A stretch of DNA of 64,000 nucleotides, taken from an uncultured delta proteobacterium (GTDB lineage: Bacteria; Desulfobacterota; Binatia; Binatales; Binataceae). Positions within the stretch are counted from its first letter, which is position 1, and every line of letters starts with the position of its first letter. The notes beneath the pieces were generated by a model. It searched no databases, was not told the origin of the DNA, and worked only from the letters and a program-made list of their open reading frames with translations. The position numbers and the translations under genes are program-made. Of the stretch, positions 30,580-39,361 are shown piece after piece. The stretch is taken from NCBI GenBank assembly GCA_963794325.1, contig CAWCDG010000007.1:307447-371446 (forward strand). Reading direction: 5' to 3'.

Positions 30580-33231
30580 CTAGTTGCCGGTCACCCCCGT
30601 GCCGCTCAGCGGGATCTTGTGGATCGTTCCAGCGCTCTCGTACACATTGAGTACTCCGCTGTAAGTGGCCACCGCGGTCGGGATAAACGTAACGTCAACG
30701 GTGCACGAGGCGCCTGCGGCGAGAGTCGTGCCGCAGGTTTTGGTAAATGTGAACGCGGTGGATCCTGTCTTGTTGATCAATCTAATTCCGGCCGGAATCC
30801 CGTCGGGATTGCTGATAGTGACGATCTGGTCCGGATTGTCGCCCACCGTGTAGCCGTTGAAGGCCACCGATGGGGGTGAAACCGTCAGCAACGCGGTGGC
30901 GGTCGTGCCGGTACCAGTGAGATCGACCGTAATCACGCCCGAGGGGAGGTTGAACGTCAACGCGCCGGTGCGGACGCCCACCGCAGTGGGCGTAAAGTAC
31001 ACGTTCTCGATACAGCTCTTGCCGGCGCCGAGCGACGTTCCACAATTGCCGCTCTTGGTGAAATTACCGGAGATGGTAACGCTACTGATCGGCGCGGCCG
31101 TGGTACCGGAGTTCTTCAGTGTGACCGTTTGTGCCGCACTCCTTATGTTGAGCAGTTCAGGCGGAAAGACCAGGCTCTCCGGCGTAGCGGCAACCTTAGG
31201 AGGCGCACTTGCGCCAGTTCCGCTCAAGCTGACGGTCAGCGGAGCTGCGTTGCTGGTGACAGTCAGGCTGCCGGTATCGGTGCCGATGATAGTGGGCGTA
31301 AATTTGACTGCTATCGCGCAACTGGTCGCCGGAGCCAACGCGATTCCGCAGTTGTTGGTCTGTGCGTAATCGCCGTTGGTGGCGATCCCCGGTCCCGAGA
31401 AGGTCATCGCGCCGGTACCGGTGTTGTTCAGGAACACGGTTTGCCCGCCGCTGGTGGTATTGATCGCCTGTGGCTGGAAGCTCAGCGATGCGGGAGCAAT
31501 GCTGGCGATCGGCGCGGTCCCGGTTCCGCTCAGCGCTACCGTTTGCGTGCCGGTGAAAGCATTGTCGCTGATGGTCAGGGTGCCGGTTTCCTTTCCGGTC
31601 ACGGTGGGAGCATAGGTGACGCCGATCGTGCAGTTCGAGCCGGCAGTCAAGGTGGGCCCGCAATTGTCGGTCACCGAGAAATCACCGCTGGCCGCGACAT
31701 TCGAAATGTTGAGCGGCGCCTCGCCAAAATTTGTCAGGACTACATTCTGCGCCGGGCTCGATGTTCCCGTGTTCTGGACGGCGAAGGTCAGGTTCGATGG
31801 AGCGACGGTTACCGCAGGCACCGGTGACGGGACGGGCACCGCGTAGATGCCGCCGGCCTGGGAGACGAGGTTGGACGTAGTGAAGCCCGCGCCCGTGGCC
31901 ACATCGTCGAGCATCGCGAGGTTGTAGGTGTTTGCGATGAAGGTCGTACCGTCGGAGTCGACCGAAAGTGCCTGCACACCGCTGCCGGTGTTAGTCGAAA
32001 CCCAATTGGCGCCGGTCATGTCGTCGACGCGGATCACATTGTTGCCGTCGGCCACCTCGATTTTTCCGGTGGGATCGATCGCGACGTGAGCGGGCGAGCC
32101 GAAAGTATAAATGTAGCTGCCGATGACGGGCGATTGCGTCAGCGTAGTCCAGTTGGTCCCGGAGATGTCGTCGATGCGGACGAGGCGTCTGTTGCCGCTG
32201 TCCGCGATGTAGATCCGGTTGGAGGAATCGACCGCGACTCCCTGCGCGCCGATCAACTGATCGGTGCCGCTGCCCGGCGTGCCGAACGTGGTCCAGTTGG
32301 TTCCCGTCATATCGTCGAAGCTATCGATGCGGCCGTTACCGGGATCCGCGACGTAGATTTTTCCATTCGAGTCGACGGCGACGTCGGCCAGGCCACCGGT
32401 GCTGAACTGCTTCGCGCCGCTGCCGCATGTCCCTAAGCTGACCCAGTTAGCGCCGGTGATGTCGTCCATGCGGTCGATGCGGCAGTTGTAGGTATCCGCA
32501 ACATAGATACGTCCCGCAGAATCAACCGTGAGTCCATGTGGGCCATAGAATTGCTTGACGCCGGTGCCAGTGCTGCCGAGCGTTTGCTCATTGGTGCCAA
32601 AGAGGTCGTCTGCTCTGACCACCCGGGAAAAGGAGTAGTCGCTAATGTAGACCGGGGTGTAGGCAGAATTGACGCCGGTGTAGGCGCAGCATGCAGTCGC
32701 CGAGCCTAGGTAGGATGTCAGCGGACCGACGTATGCGTTCGTCTCGCCCTTAATCGCTCCGACGACGCCATTGGTGGTTTGAGTTCCGTTAAAATTGCCC
32801 GAGAAGCTGTAGTAATAATGAATGTTGCCGCCGCGTCCGCCGCCTGAGGCGGTGAGCGTCAGAGTCCCGGCGGAAAAGGGAGCCGCGACCGATATCGTCG
32901 CGTCGGACGATTGAAAGGAAAAACTGCCGCCGCTGCAATAGTAGTGAATCGCATAGGTGCCTGAAGCGGTGGAGGTGATCGGACAATCGAGCGACACGGT
33001 TCCCGCCGGATTCGATACCGTCGCGCCGGTTAAGGTGAAATCTGAGCCTAGCGAGGCCGTTCCGCCCGTGCTGTTGAGGACCAACTGGCTCGCGAAGGCG
33101 GATGGAGCAGCCGATATTAGGACCAGAGCAACCGCCAGTCCGAAGGCGATTCGGCGCCAGGGAAGTGCCGATCTCATGACACGTCGAACAGGGCTAGCAG
33201 GAGACGTCTCAGTGATGGTCAGATTCTTCAT
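30580..33231 (-). CDS. Secreted NHL beta-propeller protein with four ASH/choice-of-anchor-D Ig-like domains
   Basis: Signal peptide; repeats VDS.GRIYVAD..N.RI; C-terminal repeats L.N.G...L.I..I...GDF..TNNCG..LA.G.SC.I.V.F.PT. Confidence 0.85.
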   Translation of the reverse strand: MKNLTITETSPASPVRRVMRSALPWRRIAFGLAVALVLISAAPSAFASQLVLNSTGGTASLGSDFTLTGATVSNPAGTVSLDCPITSTASGTYAIHYYCSGGSFSFQSSDATISVAAPFSAGTLTLTASGGGRGGNIHYYYSFSGNFNGTQTTNGVVGAIKGETNAYVGPLTSYLGSATACCAYTGVNSAYTPVYISDYSFSRVVRADDLFGTNEQTLGSTGTGVKQFYGPHGLTVDSAGRIYVADTYNCRIDRMDDITGANWVSLGTCGSGAKQFSTGGLADVAVDSNGKIYVADPGNGRIDSFDDMTGTNWTTFGTPGSGTDQLIGAQGVAVDSSNRIYIADSGNRRLVRIDDISGTNWTTLTQSPVIGSYIYTFGSPAHVAIDPTGKIEVADGNNVIRVDDMTGANWVSTNTGSGVQALSVDSDGTTFIANTYNLAMLDDVATGAGFTTSNLVSQAGGIYAVPVPSPVPAVTVAPSNLTFAVQNTGTSSPAQNVVLTNFGEAPLNISNVAASGDFSVTDNCGPTLTAGSNCTIGVTYAPTVTGKETGTLTISDNAFTGTQTVALSGTGTAPIASIAPASLSFQPQAINTTSGGQTVFLNNTGTGAMTFSGPGIATNGDYAQTNNCGIALAPATSCAIAVKFTPTIIGTDTGSLTVTSNAAPLTVSLSGTGASAPPKVAATPESLVFPPELLNIRSAAQTVTLKNSGTTAAPISSVTISGNFTKSGNCGTSLGAGKSCIENVYFTPTAVGVRTGALTFNLPSGVITVDLTGTGTTATALLTVSPPSVAFNGYTVGDNPDQIVTISNPDGIPAGIRLINKTGSTAFTFTKTCGTTLAAGASCTVDVTFIPTAVATYSGVLNVYESAGTIHKIPLSGTGVTGN

Positions 33232-33267
33232 GTTCCCCCAAGTGAATCTTATTGATTCAAGCCACTG

Positions 33268-33357
33268 TGTAATTTCTACAACGAACGAATATAAGGATTC
33301 CGCTCATTAAATCAAGCGATCCTGTCTTTTCGCACGACTGTGTAGCATTTTCCTACA
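33268..33357. promoter_or_regulatory. Two palindromic operator-like sites upstream of the NHL gene
   Basis: TGTAATTTCTACA (33268-80) and TGTAGCATTTTCCTACA (33341-57), both preceded by ACTG. Confidence 0.45.
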
Positions 33358-33548
33358 AACTAGTCGAGGCGCGCGCCCGGGGTTGAGGGCGTTCGGAGTG
33401 ACGATCGTTCTTATCGTATGGACGCGGCGATATATGCTCGCGATGCGCGAACGTCGGATAGGTGAGACTCAACTCAGCCAGGCTGGCTGAGCAATCCGCT
33501 GATTTTGTCCCCGGTGTCGGCTAACTAACACCAGGGACCTGACCGGTT

Positions 33549-33818
33549 CTAGAAGAGAATGCCGAGAGTGTCGCCAACGATCTCAAACGGTGCCGCGATT
33601 ACGTCCCCGACCACATTCCCGGTCGCTCCGACAACGCCCTCGGGCTCATTGTTCGTGGTGGTGGTCGTGGTGGTAGTTTCATTCGGCGAGTAACCATAAC
33701 CCGGATCGCTGGTGGTCGTGTAGGTTGTTTGGCGACTCGTGTCAGCGCACGACTGGAGTAGCGGGCATACGGAAAGGATCGCGGTCACTGCGATCGCGGA
33801 GATTATCGACTTTTTCAT
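33549..33818 (-). CDS. Small Thr-rich lipoprotein-like protein
   Basis: MKK signal peptide, LQSC lipobox-like site, poly-Thr, C-terminal VVGDVIAAPFEIVG. Confidence 0.75.
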   Translation of the reverse strand: MKKSIISAIAVTAILSVCPLLQSCADTSRQTTYTTTSDPGYGYSPNETTTTTTTTNNEPEGVVGATGNVVGDVIAAPFEIVGDTLGILF

Positions 33819-34273
33819 AATGAGTTCGTCCTTCGCACGCTGGGTAACCGATCTCTCGACGCTGCGTGCAAAACGTCTTCTATCTAGATGTTGAGCTAGG
33901 CTAACTCTCAGTCTTATCGGCCTATGAAACCGTCGAACCTCGACCCGATAGGCGCTGCCGATTCGTCAAACTACGCCCAAGAGCCAAAGTACGAGAACGA
34001 TCACGACGATGCCTCCCAGAGAAATAGGCAGGTACATACCAGCCTCCTAAGGCCTTGCTGAACGAACTTGAATTTGGTCGAGCGGAACGCGGTCAAAGGC
34101 GAGTGGAAGGACCGCCGTTTGGGCTGGATCAATTCGGACTCGATTCCTATGTCGATCCCGACTCCTTCACAGTACGCCGGGGTGTGATGCAAAGGCCACC
34201 TTGGGGCTCCTGCATTTGGCTATATGGAGCACCAAAAGTACCGATTGGAACAGTGATTTATGCGCGATCCGAT

Positions 34274-35297
34274 TCAGCGGGGCGAGAGGTTGAAGGCGTT
34301 GGCGAGGAGTTCATGGGAGCGCAGGCGCGCTTGATGGTCGTGCACGACGGTTACGATCATCACTTCGTCGATGTGCAATACGCTGGCGATATCGACCAGC
34401 GTGTCGCGGACATGGTCGGGCGTACCGATGATCGCGCGGGGCCATTCGCCAGTCTCGCGCATCGTCACATCGGCGGGTAGCGGGCCGGGGCCGAGTTCGG
34501 CGAGTGCCTCTTCGGGCGTTGGAATCGGACCGCGCATTCCCTGGCGCGCGTGTCGCACGAATAGCCGCACGCTCGACGCCATCCGTTGAGCTTCGGCGTC
34601 GGTCGGTGCGCAGATCGCACTGATTCCCAGAATCGCGGTGGGCGTGGACAGCTCATTCGAGGGCTTGAAGTGAGTGCGGTAGTACTCGATCGCGGCGCGC
34701 GTGTGAGTCGGATCGATGAAATGCGCGAAGGAGTAGGGCAATCCAAGTTGCGCGGCGGCGGCGGCGCTCCACATGCTCGAGCCGAGCAGCCAGACAGTCG
34801 GGCGCACCGGGCATCGCGGGCGAAAGCTCGATGCGGCTGAAGGCGTGATCGGGGCGGAAGCCGCCGTGCAGGAACGCGATCAGCTCGAGCAGTTGTTTGG
34901 GGAAGTCGTCCTCGGTTTGTTGCGAGTTGCGATCGCGGCGCAGTGCGAATGAGTCGAGCGGGCTGCCGCCGGGCGCGCGGCCGATGCCGAGATCGATACG
35001 GCCGGGATAGAGCGCGTGCAGCACGCGGAAACTCTCGGCGACTTTCATCGGGCTGTAATGTGGAAGCATCACGCCTCCCGAGCCGACGCGGATGTGCGAG
35101 GTCTCAGCCCCGACGCGCGCGATAAGAACTTCGGGCGCGGGACTCGCGAACGCGCCGGTCGCATGATGCTCGGCGATCCAGTAGCGCTCGAAGCCGAGCC
35201 GATCGGCGAGTCGCGCGAGCTCGATAGTGTTGCGAAACGCGTCGGCGGTAGTGAAGCCGGCGGGGACGGGGCATTGGTCGATGATCGAGAGTTTCAT
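34274..35297 (-). pseudogene. LLM (luciferase-like) flavin monooxygenase, split by a +1 indel near 34797
   Basis: MKLSIID, RYWIAEHH and GRIDLGIGRAPG in ORF 34653..35297 continue as VWLLGSS...FAHFI in ORF 34274..34807. Confidence 0.85.
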
Positions 35298-35353
35298 GAA
35301 GTTGCTTATAGGGTCATCTTGCGTGGGAGCGTGGAACGATTCCAGAGGCGGAG

Positions 35354-35410
35354 GGACGGAATAAATTCCGTCCTAGATTTCTCTGAAAGTAGGACGAAAT
35401 TCATTTCGTC
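35354..35410. repeat. Pair of GTAG-type REP palindromes in opposite orientation
   Basis: GGACGGAATAAATTCCGTCCTAG and GTAGGACGAAATTCATTTCGTC. Confidence 0.6.
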
Positions 35411-35532
35411 GATAGTTTATCTCGCTCTCCTTCGTCGCGCTCTGGTAAAACCACCTCGCATTGGCGAGAATCCGCTTGTGTCCCAGCCACACGTGTCGGC
35501 GGGACAACACGCCACCCGGAGGACAAATCATC

Positions 35533-36831
35533 ATGAGTTGGGATTTTGAAACTGAGCCGGAGTTCCAGAAAGAGCTCGATTGGATCGAAAAATTTGTGCG
35601 CGAAGAGGTCGAGCCGCTCGAGTTCGTCCTCGATTGTCATCCGTATGACGTGCGCAATCCGAAACGCAACGCGCTCGTGCGGCCGCTTCAGGCCGAAGTG
35701 AAAAAGCGCAAGCTGTGGGCATGCCATCTTGGGCCCGAGCTCGGCGGTCAGGGCTATGGGCAGGTCAAGCTCGGACTCATGAACGAAATTCTGGGGCGCG
35801 CTACTTACGCGCCGATCGTATTCGGATGCCAGGCGCCCGATTCGGGCAACGCCGAGATCCTCGCGCACTATGGGACGCCTGAGCAAAAGAAAAAATATCT
35901 GCAGCCGCTGCTCGACAACGAAATCGTGTCGGCGTTCTCGATGACCGAGCCTCAGGGCGGTGCCGATCCGAAAGTGTTCACGACCCATGCGGAGCTGAAG
36001 GGCGATAGCTGGGTGATCAACGGCGAGAAGTGGTTTTCGTCGAATGCGCATCTCGCGTCGTTCCTGATCGTGATGGTGGTGACCGATCCCGACGCGAAGG
36101 AATACAACCGCATGTCGATGTTTATCGTGCCGAAGGAAACTCCGGGCGTGAACATTTTGAAGAACCTCGGCGTCGGGACGCACGAGCGTGGCGGCAGTCA
36201 CGCGTACATCCGCTACGAAGACGTGCACGTGCCGAAGGATCACATGCTCGGGCCGCGCGGCGGCGCGTTCGTGGTCGCGCAGACGCGGCTCGGCGGCGGC
36301 CGCATTCATCATGCGATGCGCACGATTGGGCAGGTGCGCAAGGCGTTCGACATGATGTGCGAGCGGGTGCTGTCGCGCACGACGCAGGGATCGAGGCTCG
36401 CGGACAAGCAGATGGTGCAGGAAAAAATCGCGGACTCGTGGATGGAGATCGAGCAGTTCAGGCTGCTGGTGCTGCGCACTGCGTGGAAGATCGATCGCTA
36501 TAAGGATTATCTGAAAGTGCGCAAGGACATTGCGGCGGTCAAAGCGCTGATGCCGAAAGTATTTCACGACGTGGCGGCGCGCGCGCTCCATCTGCATGGA
36601 TCGCTCGGCGCCACCGGCGAGATGCCATTCGTCGAGCAGGTGATCCAGAGCTTCCACATGGGACTCGCCGACGGGCCGACCGAGGTCCACAAGATTACGC
36701 TCGCGCGCCAGGTGTTGCGCGACTACAAGGCGACCGACGGTTTGTTCCCGACCCAGCACATCCCGCGGTTGCGCGAAGCTGCGATCAAGAAGTACGCGGA
36801 TCGGATCGAGCTCGAGGTGGCGAATCAGTAA
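35533..36831 (+). CDS. Acyl-CoA dehydrogenase
   Basis: APDSGNAE, FSMTEP, INGEKWFSS, RLGGGRIHH and ADGPTEVH; GGAGGA SD before ATG 35533. Confidence 0.93.
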   Translation: MSWDFETEPEFQKELDWIEKFVREEVEPLEFVLDCHPYDVRNPKRNALVRPLQAEVKKRKLWACHLGPELGGQGYGQVKLGLMNEILGRATYAPIVFGCQAPDSGNAEILAHYGTPEQKKKYLQPLLDNEIVSAFSMTEPQGGADPKVFTTHAELKGDSWVINGEKWFSSNAHLASFLIVMVVTDPDAKEYNRMSMFIVPKETPGVNILKNLGVGTHERGGSHAYIRYEDVHVPKDHMLGPRGGAFVVAQTRLGGGRIHHAMRTIGQVRKAFDMMCERVLSRTTQGSRLADKQMVQEKIADSWMEIEQFRLLVLRTAWKIDRYKDYLKVRKDIAAVKALMPKVFHDVAARALHLHGSLGATGEMPFVEQVIQSFHMGLADGPTEVHKITLARQVLRDYKATDGLFPTQHIPRLREAAIKKYADRIELEVANQ

Positions 36832-36928
36832 GCAGGTCAGTACATATGGATGATCGCCATTTGCGGCGCGCTGTAAAATCTACAGAACTCTTGGCGCAAG
36901 TTGTGCCGGATTTTTCGGAGGTTCGATT

Positions 36929-36944
36929 GGGCATGGAAAGTGCT
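36929..36944 (+). promoter_or_regulatory. Possible sigma54 promoter
   Basis: GGGCATG-GAAA-GTGCT (GG-N10-GC), about 30 nt upstream of ATG 36973. Confidence 0.45.
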
Positions 36945-36972
36945 CCCTTCGATCCTCGAGAGGAAGACGGCC

Positions 36973-37356
36973 ATGGCCAAGTTGTTTTTATCCTTGGGCT
37001 TCTGGATGAGCATCGCGCTGTTCATCGCGCTTGGATATACGCTCAAGAGCGCATACGGCGCAGAGTGCGCAGGATTACCAGATTGCGGTTATACACGCGC
37101 AGAGTTCGCGTCATCGACTTTACCAGATGACAATCAACATTTTGAAAACGATTTTGTTGCCAACGGAAGCGACGTCGCTCGTCGCCACCGATGCGTGGCG
37201 AACGCGACGCCGCTTACCTATCCCGACTTCCAGCAGATGGTGAATTTGCAGGCCGGCGATCGGCCAACCTACGCGCCCGGGTTTTCGCTCACGATGACCC
37301 GTCGTCCACCTGAGTTGAGCCTCTGCCCGGGGCCGATCGAAATTCCGCGTCACTGA
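36973..37356 (+). CDS. Hypothetical exported protein
   Basis: GAGAGGA SD; hydrophobic N-terminus ending AYG-A; four Cys. Confidence 0.55.
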   Translation: MAKLFLSLGFWMSIALFIALGYTLKSAYGAECAGLPDCGYTRAEFASSTLPDDNQHFENDFVANGSDVARRHRCVANATPLTYPDFQQMVNLQAGDRPTYAPGFSLTMTRRPPELSLCPGPIEIPRH

Positions 37357-37523
37357 GCCCTCGTTCGGTAGCCGGCTCCCGGCGTCTTAAATTTTCCCCG
37401 AAACGAGTTTCGCGACACAGTGTGCCACTGTGAGTTTCAGTTGCATTTCGAAACCCGAGTCGGCTAGAACCGAGAAAGCCTTCAGGATTCGCAATCGCAA
37501 TCAAACCGGAGAGAGGAACGACG

Positions 37524-37991
37524 ATGGAGACGATCAAGTTTGACGATATACCGGCGCTCACCAAGAAGATCGGCAAAGAATTCGGGCCGTGGAGCGAGCC
37601 GATTCACGTCACGCAGGAAAAAATCAATCAGTTCGCCGACGTGACCGGCGACCATCAGTGGATTCATATCGATATCGAGCGGTGCAAAAAAGAAAGTCCG
37701 TTCGGCGGCCCGGTGGCGCATGGATTTCTCACGCTGAGCCTGCTGCCGGCGTTCAAGAACACCGACGAGTACGCGGTCACCGGATTTCGCAACGTCGTGA
37801 ACTACGGCGCGAACAAGCTGCGCTTCGTGTCGCCGGTGCCCGCAGGCGCCAGCGTGCATGCGCGATCGCGGCTGATCGCGGTCGATCCGCGGCCGATGGG
37901 CACGATGCTCACGCGCGAGACGGAGATTCAGGTCGTCGGGCAGCAGAAGCCGGCGGTGGTTTACGAAGCGCTGATGCTGTTCGTGAAGTAG
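37524..37991 (+). CDS. MaoC-family (R)-specific enoyl-CoA hydratase/dehydratase
   Basis: FADVTGDHQWIHID, AHGFLTLSL and NYGANKLRF. Confidence 0.92.
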   Translation: METIKFDDIPALTKKIGKEFGPWSEPIHVTQEKINQFADVTGDHQWIHIDIERCKKESPFGGPVAHGFLTLSLLPAFKNTDEYAVTGFRNVVNYGANKLRFVSPVPAGASVHARSRLIAVDPRPMGTMLTRETEIQVVGQQKPAVVYEALMLFVK

Positions 37992-38006
37992 CTGGGAGGC
38001 CCGTCG

Positions 38007-38906
38007 ATGGCGTACGAACAGATTATTTACGAGGTCGCCGACAATATCGCGACGATCACGCTGAACCGGCCGGAGAAGCTCAACGCCTTCACCGGCATCA
38101 TGATGAACGAGATGCTCGACGCGTTCGACCAGGCCGACGCGGACGACAACGTTCGCGCCGTCATCGTGACCGGTGCGGGGCGTGCGTTTTGCGCCGGCGC
38201 GGATTTGTCGGCGGGCCCGAGGACGTTCGATGCGTCGCGCGAAGATCGTCCGGACCGGAAGGCCGCGATCAAGGCCGACGGCACAGTGGATTGGAGCAAC
38301 GAAGGGGTTCGCGACGGCGGAGGACGGCTGACCCTGCGCATTTTCGAATGTCTGAAACCGGTGATCGCGGCGGTCAACGGACCGGCGGTGGGCGTCGGGG
38401 TTACCATGCAGCTCGCGATGGACATACGGCTCGCGTCGGAAAATGCGCGCTTCGGTTTCGTGTTCTCACGGCGCGGGATCGTGCCGGAAGCATGCTCGAG
38501 CTGGTTCCTGCCGAAGATCGTCGGGATTTCGCAGGCACTCGAGTGGACCTTCACGGGGCGCGTTTTCCCCGCGGAAGAGGCGCTCGAAGGTGGGCTGATC
38601 AAAAGGATCTACAAGCCCGATCAACTTATCCCGGCGGCGCGCGCCCTCGCGCGCGAAGTGGCCGACAACACGTCGCAAGTGTCGGTAGCGTTGATTCGCC
38701 AAATGCTGTGGAAGATGGCTGGCGCGGACCATCCGATGGAAGCACACAAGATCGACAGCCGCGGAATTTTTGCGCGGGGATCGTCGGCGGATGTGAAAGA
38801 GGGCGTCGCGTCGTTTCTGGAAAAGCGTCCGGCGAAATTTCCTGACAAAGTTTCGAAGGACATGCCGTCGTATTTTCCGTGGTGGCCAGATCGAAAGTAC
38901 AGTTAG
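38007..38906 (+). CDS. Crotonase/enoyl-CoA hydratase family
   Basis: LNRPEKLNAF, AFCAGADLS and KPVIAAVNGPAVGVG. Confidence 0.93.
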   Translation: MAYEQIIYEVADNIATITLNRPEKLNAFTGIMMNEMLDAFDQADADDNVRAVIVTGAGRAFCAGADLSAGPRTFDASREDRPDRKAAIKADGTVDWSNEGVRDGGGRLTLRIFECLKPVIAAVNGPAVGVGVTMQLAMDIRLASENARFGFVFSRRGIVPEACSSWFLPKIVGISQALEWTFTGRVFPAEEALEGGLIKRIYKPDQLIPAARALAREVADNTSQVSVALIRQMLWKMAGADHPMEAHKIDSRGIFARGSSADVKEGVASFLEKRPAKFPDKVSKDMPSYFPWWPDRKYS

Positions 38907-38940
38907 GAGCGCAAATACAGCTAGTCGATAAGGCCCCGCC

Positions 38941-39345
38941 TCACGCGGGCGGAGGCCCTTCCGGATGCTGCGGCAGGTCGTCGGTGATCTCGTGCCAGAC
39001 TGCCTTCGAGCCGACGTAAATGTGACTGCTGGTCCGCACCTTGGGGTCGTCGTCGAGCGCACCGGCGGGAATCAGCACGACGTTGCGAGTCGGTACGGCG
39101 CGCGGCATCGGGCTACCGCAGATACGGCAGAACGAATTTCCAAATCTCTGTGCGTTCGGCAGCCGATAAGTAGTCACGAGAGTTTCGCCTCGAAGCCATC
39201 GGAACGCGCCAGCCGGCACGAACAGATTGGCAGCGAACGCCGCGCCACGCGCCTTGCGGCATCGCGAGCAATGACAGTTGCGCAGCTCGATTGGATCGCC
39301 GGCCTCGAAGGCAACGGCGCCACACAGGCAACTCCCCTTGGTCAT
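38941..39345 (-). CDS. GFA/CENP-V family Zn protein
   Basis: GSCLCGAV, CHCSRCRK and FCRICGS. Confidence 0.92.
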   Translation of the reverse strand: MTKGSCLCGAVAFEAGDPIELRNCHCSRCRKARGAAFAANLFVPAGAFRWLRGETLVTTYRLPNAQRFGNSFCRICGSPMPRAVPTRNVVLIPAGALDDDPKVRTSSHIYVGSKAVWHEITDDLPQHPEGPPPA

Positions 39346-39361
39346 TGCGAAATCCTCCCGT

